64,000 nt of DNA from Octopus vulgaris (lineage: Eukaryota), in the NCBI GenBank assembly GCA_951406725.2, contig OX597830.1:13330001-13394000 (forward strand), written 5' to 3'. The position numbers and the translations under genes were made by a program. Shown piece after piece: positions 27,238-39,164 of the stretch (within the stretch, counting starts at the first letter, position 1; every line of letters begins with the position of its first letter). The notes beneath the pieces are model-generated. The model was not told where the DNA came from. It saw only the letters and a program-made list of their open reading frames with translations, and did not search any database.

Positions 27238-27769
27238 ATATATATATATATATATATATATTAGATTTAGATGAGGCTGGTTTATGGGATTACCTTAGGT
27301 TTCACGTCCATACAGGACTCAGCTTTATGGCGTATTATCATATTCCAAAACCTGTTGGTTCAAGGCCTCTCTAGAATATGGAGGAAGAAAAAACCCTGCT
27401 ACTCAGTGTCAATAAAGGGGATTGTCTCCCTTTGGTTATCGATCGCCGGTGACTCTGCCATCCTGTGAGTTCTAAGAAGCCAGCAGGAATTTCCTGAAAT
27501 GTAAGCACAGTCTGAAGATCTCCGTTCTGGAGTTAAGGATGTTCCGTGGGTCGAAAACTCCTCACATGTTCCGCTATGCATAATTTATAGCGCTTGGTCC
27601 CATTTATGTAGGGGCCTTGATTTTCTAGGATCCTCCATTATGGAAACCACCTAGTCTCTCATGAATATGGAACTGCCTAGTCTCTCATGAATATGGAACC
27701 TTGGTTACTCCACTAAGAATATACCCACACTATCCAATGAGCTGTAAACTCGAATGCTGCCAGGAAAAA

Positions 27770-28790
27770 ATAATGGACATAATAAGGCGAATGAGGTAGA
27801 AATACTTCTAGCACGACCTAGCCACGCCATCCCCCCAAGAGTAACACCTACGGAATCAAATCTAGGAAATACCTACCCAAAATCAAAAACCTCGAGCTCT
27901 TCGAAGCGGACCTAGTAGGCGTCATTCCCAAGCCAAAGTTCCATGAGTCCTCTTACTCCTTCCAACGCAGGCTCTGTACCGATATTAGATTGCTAAAAAA
28001 ACTCAGATAGGTCTCTAATCTTCTCAGATAAGACTAAAAACTATATGGGATAGATCCCCTTAATTACGATAGGCTGCTAGAAAACAATATCACACAAAAT
28101 CATAGGCGCGCTTCCTCACACACATACAACATCCACAGTGAAGCCAAACAATTAGCCAACAACCTAGATATTAGCTGATAGGGTAGAGATCCTAGCTAAA
28201 AAGAACGCCTTTATTAACAGCAAAGAGTATAAACTGAACTTTTCCCCAGACCCTAAATGCCGCCTGATTAATCCAGCTAAATCCGAGATCGGTCTAGCGA
28301 GCAAGCATATATTAAGAAACATCAATAACGACATAAGGAGAGCTACCAACTTTTCCCTATGGCGCAGAACCACGAGGTAAGTGCATGGTTCAACACCAAC
28401 AAGAGGAGAGGTAGAGCAAGGTTCCCCCAGTTTGACATAGTCGATTTTTACCTGTCTATATCAAAAGGGTTACTGGTCAAGGCGCTTTCCTTTGCTAGGG
28501 GCTTCACTGACGTTAGTGACAGGGATATAGATGCACGCCAGGAAAACAGTGCTGTTCAATAAAGGTTCGACCTGAGTCAAGCAATCCGACCCCGCGGGCT
28601 CCGTTGACGTAGCGATGGGGGCCTACGATAGTGCTAATGTATGCGACCTCATCGCGTTGTATGTCCTTAATACCCTTAAGAAAAAGTTCCCCTCTGTCCT
28701 CTTTGGTCTCAACAGAGATGACACCCAAACCGTCTCTAGAGGAGCAAACGGACACACATTAGACAGGCTTAGGAAAGATCTAATGACTAC
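27770..28790 (+). mobile_element. Penelope-like element reverse transcriptase fragment (Naiad-like motifs), decayed
   Basis: SDKTKNY, PKCRLINPAKSEIGLASKHIL, QFDIVDFYLSISKGLL, DVAMGAYDSANVCDLIALYVL, FGLNRDD. Confidence 0.8.
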
Positions 28791-28933
28791 ACTCGCCTCG
28801 ACACTACATGGCCTTCCTTGACCAATTGCGACCCAGCCACCGGTAGCCACCTTGGATTTCCTGCACTTCCACTTTTATTCGAATTTCCACTGGCCCCAGA
28901 AGTAGTACGGAATTTGAATCAAACTGTTCTGAT

Positions 28934-29000
<67 letters not shown>

Positions 29001-29004
29001 TGCT

Positions 29005-29200
29005 GTCTTTTACTTGTTTAGGTCATGGCACCGTCTCGAAAACTTTAGTCGAACAAATCGACCCCCCCAGTACTTACATTTTTAGCTTGGTACTTTATTC
29101 TGTCAGTTTCTTTTGCCGAACCACAAAGTTACTGGGATGTAAACAAGACAACACCGATTGCCAAGTGGTGGTGGTGGGGGGATAAACATAAACCCAATAG
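29005..29200 (-). mobile_element. old SINE family B 3' half
   Basis: TTTTACTTGTTT...TTTAGTCGAACAAATCGACCC...TTTTGCCGAACC. Confidence 0.65.
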
Positions 29201-29794
29201 TGCGCGCGCATACACACACACACACACACACACGTCGGGCTTCATGTAGATTCCATAAGGCTTTGGTCCTATATTGCTGACAGTAGGAAAAACCTTCTGA
29301 CACAAGACGTTGATAGTGATTATTGATAAAGCAGCTAGATGCTGACAGGGATTATTCATGATTGTGGAATATAATGACAGATTCTCAGCAGGTGAGCTGT
29401 ACAATGACAGATATTGGAGTAAAGTTATTTTATAGTGAAATATTCTTAGTAAAATTATTATATAACGACCGCTATTGTTGATAAAGACATTGTGTTATAT
29501 CAATGTAAGTCGTTCATATAGATACTATTGGTCGAAATTTTTGTTGAAGCTCCTACATAACGACTGGATTGTATATAGAAATACTCGTTAAAGCTACGAA
29601 GTTAGGGCAGAAAAGTATATTATGAGAATTATTTTTTGCTTTGGTAAACAACGGTTATTATATCATGCATGGTACTGTACTATATCGCTTGTTTAAACAT
29701 TTAATTTTCAATGATCCAATTCCTCCGACTGAAAATATGTACCATAGGAAGGTCCTCCCGTTGCTATTTTGCTTAGATCTGCACTGACTGAGCG

Positions 29795-30085
29795 CTGGTG
29801 GGACCCCTTCGGTCATGACTGACCGTCGGCTTGCACCTAGAAAGCTACCCTCCCAGGCACAAGTCTGGGCAAGGTTGTTTATGGAAGACCAGCAGTCGCC
29901 CATGCATACCGGCCTCCCCTCAAGTAAGAGGCCAGTGTTATCCAAGGGAAAGGCAAAGGGGCCGATACAGCTTGGCAATGTGACGTCGCAACTCATTTCT
30001 ACAGCTGAGTGAACTGGAGCAACGCGAAATAAAGTGTATTGCTCAAGAACACAACACGCAGCCCGGTCCGAGATTCGAGTTAGAG
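29795..30085 (-). mobile_element. tRNA-derived SINE family D
   Basis: Reverse-complement homologue of 795-1110. Confidence 0.75.
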
Positions 30086-30109
30086 GGCTCGCACTTTCTA
30101 TGGTCATTC

Positions 30110-30377
30110 AAAACCGTCCAAGGGTGGTCGTGCACATCTTTACATTTCCCCAGTCACCCCGCGAAGCCATTAAAAACTCAGTAGAAGTAACTTTTTTGTG
30201 AAATTTCTATCCAAAACCCAATCAAAATGCCCGAAACTTGATACGCCAATTGAATGCCAGCTAGCTGTATGTGATTGGTCGGAGATTTGGACAGTACTCG
30301 AGTGTATGTGCGCACGCACGCAGCTGTATATGCATGCACAAGCACTATGACCTGGCAACACCAGGTCATACTGCTAG
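30110..30377 (+). mobile_element. Helitron-like element 3' end
   Basis: Hairpin TATGACCTGG-CAACA-CCAGGTCATA followed by CTGCTAG|T; 5' boundary uncertain. Confidence 0.6.
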
Positions 30378-30914
30378 TCCCGAATAAATTTACTTCCAGT
30401 TAAGAGCACAGTGGTTTCTAAATTTCATCTAACACCCAAGAAACCCGATATAAGTTCGGGTTTTTCGGGTGTTAGGGTCAACTAAATGGCACACAGAGGT
30501 CTACAGTTACGAATTCAGCTTCTCCTACCATGGGAAAATTCTCTGTGAAAGATTAACCTCCACGGAGAAATTGTTTCTCACCCACTTAACGTTGGCATAA
30601 ATTGAGTGGACGACACAACGAAGGAACGGCTATTATCTCTTAATATTGGATATTTTACATGAATAAATAGTAACTACTTTATTCTTGCTTTTATTTAGTT
30701 AGAAAACTGAGTTGTTTTAGTGTTTAGTTAACGATGACTGAATTACCAACGTCTAACAATTATATCTATTAATGTGTGGAAGGTGAAAAACAAACTTGCG
30801 GCAATAGAGAAAAACACAGGCGAAATAATCGACAGATAGAAACACAAGAAATAAAACGAGAAAAGATTTACCTAATGATAATAAGTATGGAACATATTGT
30901 GCGTTGTGCGTATG

Positions 30915-31625
30915 AATGCATGAATGTATGTGTGTGTGTATGTATGTATGTATGTGTGTATGTATGTGTGTATGTATGTGTGTATGTATGTATGTGTGTG
31001 TGTATGTATGTATGTATGTATGTATGTATGTATGTGTGTATGTATGTATGTATGTGTGTATGTATGTATGTATGTGTGTATGTATGTGTGTATGTATGTG
31101 TGTATGTATGTATGTGTGTGTGTATGTATGTATGTATGTATGTATGTATGTATGTATGTGTGTATGTATGTATGTATGTGTGTATGTGTGTGTGTATGTG
31201 TGTGTGTATGTATGTATGTGTGTGTATGTATGTGTGTGTGTATGTATGTATGTATGTATGTATGTATGTGTGTATGTATGTATGTATGTATGTATGTATG
31301 TATGTATGTGTGTATGTATGTATGTATGTGTGTATGTATGTGTGTATGTATGTGTGTATGTATGTATGTGTGTGTATGTATGTGTGTGTGTATGTATGTA
31401 TGTATGTATGTATGTATGTATGTATGTATGTATGTGTGTATGTATGTGTGTATGTATGTATGTATGTATGCATGCACGTATGTATGTATGTATGTATGTA
31501 AGTATGTATGTATGTATGCATATATGAATATACATACATACATGTGTGTACATATACAGCTATGTATGCATATAAGTTTGTATATATGTGTACATAAATA
31601 TTTTTGTGTTTGTATAAAATATAAT

Positions 31626-31719
<94 letters not shown>

Positions 31720-31779
31720 TATAAGTTTGTATACATGTGTGGATATATATATATTTGTGTGTGTGTGAAATATAATACA

Positions 31780-31819
<40 letters not shown>

Positions 31820-32090
31820 GCATATACATACATATATATATAAAGAAACATATATATATAAATATATATATATATATACATACGTATATATAAATACATA
31901 TACATACATACATATATTATGTATATATGTATATACACATATTATGTATATGTATATTTATATATATGTATGTATATATATAAATTGTGTATTTTTGTGA
32001 GGCGCAAATACACACTCATTCACATACACACACACATATATCAATATTTCTCTTCCCTTTCCTTTTTATACACTCACTCTCAAACAAACA

Positions 32091-32136
<46 letters not shown>

Positions 32137-32160
32137 GACACACACATACACACGCACATA
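30915..32160. repeat. compound (TATG)n/(TG)n/(TA)n/(CA)n array
   Basis: Directly visible. Confidence 0.97.
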
Positions 32161-32556
32161 AACAATTGCTGCAAAAACAGCGCGGCGCTTCTATCTCTAT
32201 ATAAGCAAAATTCCATCCTATGTAATGTGCTGCACTACGCAATGATGTAACATAAACAGTGTAAGAAATAATCCGGATATCCTTCTAAGAGGCTCATTGA
32301 GATAGGAAATGTCAAGAGAGAAATGTCAGTAGTTCAGAGGTGTGTATGTGTGTTTGTGAAAACACTGGCCGCTTCCTTTCCTCACCCTTTCCTCCTCCTC
32401 GTCATCATCTTCCACCCCACCCCCAGCCACTCGCTTTCTTCTTTCCTCCTTTCTTTCGTTCCTATCATTTTAAAAGGTTTACTTCTCTCTTTAATTAGTC
32501 TCCGCTTTGTCTGAAGTTCAGCTCTGGTCATGTTAAAGAAAAATGCGAAAAAAAAG

Positions 32557-32589
<33 letters not shown>

Positions 32590-33256
32590 TATAAAAATTA
32601 AATTTAGTTTCATATTAGAAACCTCTCACACCATTAGAAGAATTTTTATTCAGAGACAAATTTTTAGCGATTATTTTACTGTCATTTTATCTACTCTTTC
32701 TTTGTTGTTCTCTTCATTTTCTTTTATTTATCCTTTTTTGTTTGTTTGTTTGCTTTAATTTCACTCACATGTTTTGTTTTTGCCTCTTATCTGAAGGTAT
32801 ATAGAATTATAAATGTTGAAAATATCACGAAGACATTTTTACCTAAATCTATGCAAAAATACATCGAGTTGACCTCAATACACAAACACACACGTGGCAT
32901 ACACATAGCTCCCGCCCTCTCCACGTTCCACACACATACTCGTTCTATGTGTATGTATACGGTTAAGAATATATATATATGTGTGTATGTCTATTTATGT
33001 ATGTGTGTGCATGCTTGCCTTGCCTGTATGCGTTTGTATGTGTGCATGAAAAAGAAAGAAGAGCAGCAGAGATTTGTTTAGATAAGCACAACAGACTATT
33101 CATTTAATTTGAATACATATTAAACACAGCTAAACTTCAAGAGTATCTTGATTGCTAAGACTGTATATGTCACGGGTTCGATACTGCACTGATCCCCACT
33201 TCAAAACTTACCTAGGTCAGTATTGAACTTTCATGATTGATATACATTATTTACAT

Positions 33257-33660
33257 AGGCGCAGGAGTGGCTGTGTGGTAAGTAGCTTGCTTACCGACCA
33301 CATGGTTCCGGGTTCAGTCCCACTGCGTGGCATCTTGGGCAAGAGTCTTCTGCTATAACCTCAGGCCGACCAATGCCTTGTGAGTGGATTTGGTAGACGG
33401 AAACTGAAAGAAGCCTGTCGTATATATGTATATATATATATGTATGTGTGTGTATGTTTGTGTGTCTGTGTTTGTCCCCCTAGCATTGCTTGACAACCGA
33501 TGCTGGTGTGTTTACGTCCCCGTAACTTAGCGGTTCGGCAAAAGAGACCGATAGAATAAGTACTGGGCTTACAAAGAATAAGTCCCGGGGTCGATTTGCT
33601 CGACTAAAGGCGGTGCTCCAGCATGGCCGCAGTCAAATGACTGAAACAAGTAAAATAGTA
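33257..33660 (+). mobile_element. SINE family B, full length
   Basis: GGCGCAGGAGTGGCTGTGTGGTAAG head through GAAACAAGTAAAA tail. Confidence 0.92.
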
Positions 33661-33669
33661 AGGAGTATT

Positions 33670-34781
33670 ATTTACATACGACGGATATTTGTCCTCATCT
33701 TGTTTGTTGTTAACACAACATTTCGGCTGATATACCCTCAGGCGTCTTGGGGAAATTTCGAACCTGGGTTCTCATTTCTAAGGTATTTTTCGATGTTATC
33801 ATTATTGTTCAGGTCACTGCTTGGAATCGGACTCGAAATCTTAGGGTTATAGCCCGCGCTCTTAACCATAACACAATATGCCCGTGGGCAATTATGGAGT
33901 GAATTTTAGGGCTTATAAATCTAATATTTTTCCTATCCTTCCTTAAAACCGGTTCCCATATGCTGCTCATATCTGCACTCGGTCTGCTTAGGAGGTTGTT
34001 GTGTCCTAGCATATGTGCTGCTACTTTTAGTTTTCGTATTTTCCAGTGGTGTTCTCTGTCTATTATTTTAACTTCATCCCACAGGGAAAGGTGGTCTCCA
34101 TTTTTCCATGCATGATCAGCTATACCTGATTTATCAATGTCTCCTCGTGTCAAAGCTTTGTGATGTTTGTCTACCCTTATTTTGAAGGGGCGGCATGTTT
34201 CGCCTTCGTATAACCTACCACAGCTGCATGGGATGGAGTACACACAGATTTTGGTCATATTCTCTTCTATTGTTGGTTTTACTCGAAGGAGATATTTGCG
34301 AAGTGTTGTATTACTCTTGCATACTGTCCTGATGTCATATGGGCCGCATATCTTTTGTAACTTTTTGGAGAGGACTTTCACATAGAGTAGACAGACTGTA
34401 GACAGTTTATTGGTTTCTTCATCTCTTTTCTTCATAATTGGAGTGAATAGTATGTCTTGGGGGTAGTTGTTACTTAATAGATTGTTATTTAGCTTGATCA
34501 TTTCTTCGTGGTGTGTATTACGATCGCTGCTTATATTCTTTGCTCGATGTTTTAGGCACTGAGCAATCCCTCTCTTTACATTGTAAGGATGGTGGGAATT
34601 GAAGTTGTGGTATCGTCCAGTAAAGGTCGGCTTGCGGTATACGGATGTCCTGAATCTATACTTGGTGCGTGTTATTAATACGTCCAGGAATGCCAGCTGA
34701 ATGTCTTTTTACTTTTCCATTGTGAACTGCATGGGTGGCTTTCTTGAGTTCACATGATCTAACAGCACTTGGACATTTTCC
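33670..34781 (-). mobile_element. Penelope-like element 3' part: RT thumb, GIY-YIG endonuclease and probable pLTR; 5' truncated
   Basis: QFTMEK*..LAFLDVLI..SVYRKPTFTGRYHNFNSHHP, then (ORF 33809-34501) CVYSIPCSCGRLYEGETCRPFKIRV..H...KSGIADHAW. Confidence 0.92.
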
Positions 34782-34907
34782 TAAATATAGAACAAGTTTG
34801 CATATCTTTACGTGAGCTATTCACTTATTGTATTGTAAGTAAACTTCTTGATTATTTCAAGTCTTTGGTGCCTTGTAGCTCTAATTTCGTATATATATAT
34901 ATATATA

Positions 34908-35131
34908 CGAGCTGGCAGAAACGGTAGCACGCCGGGCGAAATGCGTTGCCGTATTTCTTCTGCCGTTACGTTCCGAGTTCAAATTCCGCCGAGGTCGACT
35001 TTGCCTTTCATCCTTCCGGGGTCGATAAATTAAGTACCAGTTATGCACTTGGGTTGATGTAATCGACTTAATCCGTTTGTCTGTCCTTGTTTGTCTCCTC
35101 TGTGTTTAGCCCCTTGTGGGTAGTAAAGAAA
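34908..35131 (+). mobile_element. SINE family A between (TA)n tracts
   Basis: CGAGCTGGCAGAAACGGTAGCACGCCGGGCG... to GTGGGTAGTAAAGAAAT. Confidence 0.9.
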
Positions 35132-36441
35132 TATATATATATATATATATATATACGTGTGTGTGTGTATGTATGTATGTATGTGTGTCAGTCTGTCTGA
35201 GTATATAGAACATATAGATTGGAATTCTATAAAATAAGTTCCAAACACATTTTAGAAGTGAGTTCAAGTAAAAATAAACTATAATAATCTTTTGGATATA
35301 CGTAAATGCAGTTATGAATAAAATATGTAAATGTAAATATAATTTGCTAGTGGAACTCCTGATAAGCTCGTTGTCAGGATCTTAAATGTTGTCGGCGTTG
35401 ATGTAGCTACCCATCTCTTCAGTTTTAATAAGCTAAATAAGGGTATTTGCTGAAAAACTATGGCTAGAGTTGTTCCTATGGTACTGAGTTGAAATCACCG
35501 AATAGAAGTAGTAAGCCTTAATCCATTACCACATTAGCATGTATTAGAGATGGTATTCTGGTAAAGTTCATGCTGTGTAAAGTTTGTACTTTATGGTTCA
35601 CCTAAAACCCCGACACCTTTTCTTCTACGATAGTTGACAAATGAAAAACCAGGTAGATTCTAAAAATTACTTGGCTCATTTCTTTGGCGGGCTTCAAGCA
35701 TTTTAATGGGAAATTTTATGATCCAAATGACTCTGATTGTCAAGAATAATAGCTTTTTCTTGGATGGACTCAATTTTATCGGCCATCGATGTAGTCAATT
35801 AAATCAGCTTGTTATCTTTTCAATCCTAATGCAATAAAAACAAAAACGAACCTTGGTTGGATTGAAAATCAGCCTGAATGATTAGAACAAGAATAAATAA
35901 TGCAACTCAGCAAATCATCAGTCTGACCTCAACGACAATAATGTACTCAAACAAGAATAAAAGTACCGTGGTCCTCCTCAGCGGTAAAAATAAATGGATC
36001 TTCATCGTTTTCGACACTGAATGTTGCAATTGTTCGATCGGCTGAATTACCCGCCCCTTGAACTAGAGTATTGAGTTCATTGCATTGCAAGTATTTAGAA
36101 CATTTTAAAATCTCTTAGTCTGGAAGGATGGCAGTGTATATGACCCCCCACCCCCCACAAGGTCTCGGATACTGGTGGGTAGAAGGTATTTTCTAACTAG
36201 AAATCTGGCTCAAATATTTGTAAAGGGGTTAACTCTGCTAAAGATACTTAAGCTACAGAATGGTAGTGTTAATACAGATGACGAATTAAAGTTTATCACC
36301 CTTACCCTGCCTCTCTTAATTCACTGGTCCATGTTGCACTTTCCTACGTACAGTACCACCGATTGTTAAGGGGTACAAATAAAACGGTTTCTCTGTAAAG
36401 GCTCACTGCCATAGAATACAAAACTCGGTCGGTAAGTAAAA

Positions 36442-36664
36442 CCTATTTCTTTACTGCCCACAAGGGGCTAAACACAGAGAGGACAAACAAGGACAGACAA
36501 ACGGATTAAGTCGATTATATCGACCCCAGTGCGTAACTGGTACTTAATTTATCGACACCGAAAGGATGAAAGGCAAAGTCGACCTCGGCGGAATTTGAAC
36601 TCAGAACGTAACGGCAGACGAAATACCGCTAAGCATTCGCCCGGCGTGCTAACGATTCCGCCAG
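36442..36664 (-). mobile_element. SINE family A
   Basis: Family A body; extreme 5' end missing. Confidence 0.88.
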
Positions 36665-36716
36665 AAATGATTATTAATAATCTTACCTGTCGTTCTTACA
36701 TTTATAACATAGCATA

Positions 36717-37109
36717 GTGGAGGCGCAATGGCCCAGTGGTTAGGGCAGCGGACTCGCGGTCATAGGATCGCAGTTTCGATTCCCAGACCGGGCGTTGTGA
36801 GTGTTTATTGAGCGAAAACACCTAAAGCTCCACGAGGCTCCGGCAGGGGATGGTGGTGATCCCTGCTGAACTCTTTCACCACAACTTTCTCTCACTCTTA
36901 CTTCCTGTTTCTGTTGTACCTGTATTTCAAAGGGCCGGCCTTGTCACTCTCTGTGTCACGCTGAATATCCCCGAGAACTACGTTAAGGGTACACGTGTCT
37001 GTGGAGTGCTCAGCCACTTACACGCTCATTTCACGAGCAGGCTGTTCCGTTGATTCGGATCAACCGGAACCCTCGTCGTCGGAACCGACGGAGTGCTTCC
37101 ATCCCATCC
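36717..37109 (+). mobile_element. tRNA-derived SINE family C (tail type 1)
   Basis: Head GTGGAGGCGCAATGGCCCAGTGGTTAGGGCAGCGGACTCGCGGTC...GTTTCGATTCC; TSD ATAACATAGCA(T/A)A at 36704-36716 and 37110-37122. Confidence 0.92.
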
Positions 37110-37642
37110 ATAACATAGCAAAACTGCTTTCCAAAGATAGGTCTTTCTATTCAGGGTTAGAAAACACTTTCTACAAAGCTCATGAGAAACACAGAATGAT
37201 GTACTGTTTACACATCAGGGACGTTACTGCAGCTACTACTACAAATCAGAACATCGTAGACTGTGCCTAAAAGAAAGTGTTCGAGTCATTGGCAACGAAT
37301 CAACCACCAACACAGTTTAGCCTCAAAGCTACAGAGTCAGTTGCATATGTGTGTACATGTGTCTGCGAGTGTGTATTTACATGCCTGTGTGTGTAGGCAC
37401 GCGCACAGACGCTATTCAGGCCCACCCAACTTTCTAGTGTCTCTCTTTTTGGCCCCTCACGCTCAGTCTCATGAGATAGATGAGTATATACACGAAAACC
37501 GAATTGAAGATACCGAGTTTGGCCTTTTTCTACCAACTTATTAACTATTCGACAATACTGTACACACACACACACACACAGATACTCAGACAGACTGGCA
37601 CACATACATATATACACACACACACGTGTATATATATATATA

Positions 37643-38281
37643 TTTTATTTAAATATTATTCTTTAGGGAATAACAATTCTGGCATAACAGAGGTTCAAAT
37701 TATTCTCAATGAAGAAATATATTTTAATTTAGAGATAGTAGACCCCTACTTCTCACGAAATAAAAAGAATTTTCATTTTTATTTTAAATACCTACTGTTT
37801 TATTCTTTGGCTACACGAGTTTCATGAGGTACATCCTCGGGTTCCTAAACCACTCTGTGTCTCCCTAACATAGTTTTTGTAAATTTTCGTATATTTTTTG
37901 TGATTTTTATTCCATACTTTATTCGTGTAACTTTTATTTCTGTAACTTTTTATCTTTATTTGAATTTTTATCTGAATTATGGCTTGTACTGTAGAGTCCA
38001 GTGAAACTAAACATACCTAATTTAAACATACCTATTTTGCACATACTTAAGGGTTTAAAAAAATTAAAATATAGTTTACTGTATTGAACGTTGATAAAGT
38101 TCTATAAGGGCCTGATGATTGGGGTGGCATCTTGAGAGGGGTTCCAGGGAAACACGGAGTGGTTTAGGAACCCGAGGATGTACCTCATGAAACTTGTGTT
38201 GCCAAGGAATAAAACAGTAGGTATTTAAAATAAAAATAAAAATTATTTTTATTTGGTGAGACGTAGGGGTATACTATCTCT

Positions 38282-38295
<14 letters not shown>
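37643..38295 (+). mobile_element. (TA)n-embedded non-coding element with a 150-bp inverted duplication; probable Penelope-type pLTR
   Basis: 37717-37866 is the reverse complement of 38146-38295; hammerhead-like core at 38112-38200; (TA)n on both sides. Confidence 0.6.
38109..38203 (+). ncRNA. hammerhead-ribozyme-like motif with ~70-nt stem II
   Basis: GGC-CTGATGA-[TTGGGGTGGCATC...GGGTTCC/GGAACCC...GATGTACCTCAT]-GAAAC-TTGT-GTT-GCC. Confidence 0.45.
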
Positions 38296-38354
<59 letters not shown>

Positions 38355-38587
38355 TATGTGTATATCTATACGAAATTAGAGCAACAAGCCACCAAAGACT
38401 TGAAATAATCAAGAAGTTTACTTACTATACAATAGGTGAATAGCTCACGTAAAGATATGCAAATTTGTTTGTGGAACACATATAAAATCAAAACAAACAG
38501 ATCCACATATGCAATGACGTCCATGCCCTGCATCCTTGTGTGCGTGTGTACAAACAATACATACATACATACATACATACATGCATG

Positions 38588-38662
<75 letters not shown>

Positions 38663-38664
38663 GT

Positions 38665-38958
38665 GTGGAGGCGCAATGGCCCAGTGGCTAAGGCAGCGGA
38701 CTCGCGGTCGTAGGATCGCGGTTTCGATTCCCAGACCGGGCGTTGTGAGTGTTTATTGAATGAAAACACCTAAATCTCCACGAGGCTCCGGCAGGCGGGG
38801 GGTGGGGTAGCGATCCCTGCTGTACTCTTTCGCCACAACTTTCTTTCACTCTTTCTTCTGTTGGCTTGCTCGCTTGAAGGCTAAAACAATGCGCTTCGCA
38901 TTGTGACCAGCGACGTGTAGCAACATCTGGTAACCTGGTCGGTCACGGTGATCACGGT
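38665..38958 (+). mobile_element. SINE family C (tail type 2)
   Basis: Same head as 36717; tail ...GCAACATCTGGTAACCTGGTCGGTCACGGTGATCACGGT. Confidence 0.9.
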
Positions 38959-39164
38959 AATATATGTATATATATATATATATATATAAAAGTATGTATG
39001 TATCTATGTATGTATGTATACAAGGTGCATTCTAGAGAGATATTTATTAATTTCAAAGAAGTATAAAAATCTAATTCCCTTCAAAGCTCTTGTTGTTGCA
39101 CTATAGCCACTCTGTGAAGGCCCCATGAAAGTTCTCCATAGCGTAGGTGTTCAGAACCCTTATC

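Larger units (their letters stand above)
25717..27297 (+). mobile_element. mariner DNA transposon, decayed, right TIR interrupted
   Basis: Left TIR TCAGGTAATCCCATAAATAATGTCC; its complement is split into GGACATTA (27072-27079) and TTTATGGGATTACCT (27281-27295). Confidence 0.85.

Noticed and set aside
27505-27560. CTGAAGA...GAAA upstream of the Penelope RT as a hammerhead
   Set aside because: No closing pair for stem II and no NUH or stem I arrangement
28573-28576. In-frame TGA in the Naiad-like RT as selenocysteine
   Set aside because: Context ST*VKQ fits a Trp codon mutated TGG to TGA in a copy with many other lesions
36717-36795. tRNA-like sequence as a real tRNA gene (also at 38665, 61690-61761, 24925-24995)
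   Set aside because: Acceptor stem does not pair; each continues into a SINE body, with a clear TSD at 36717
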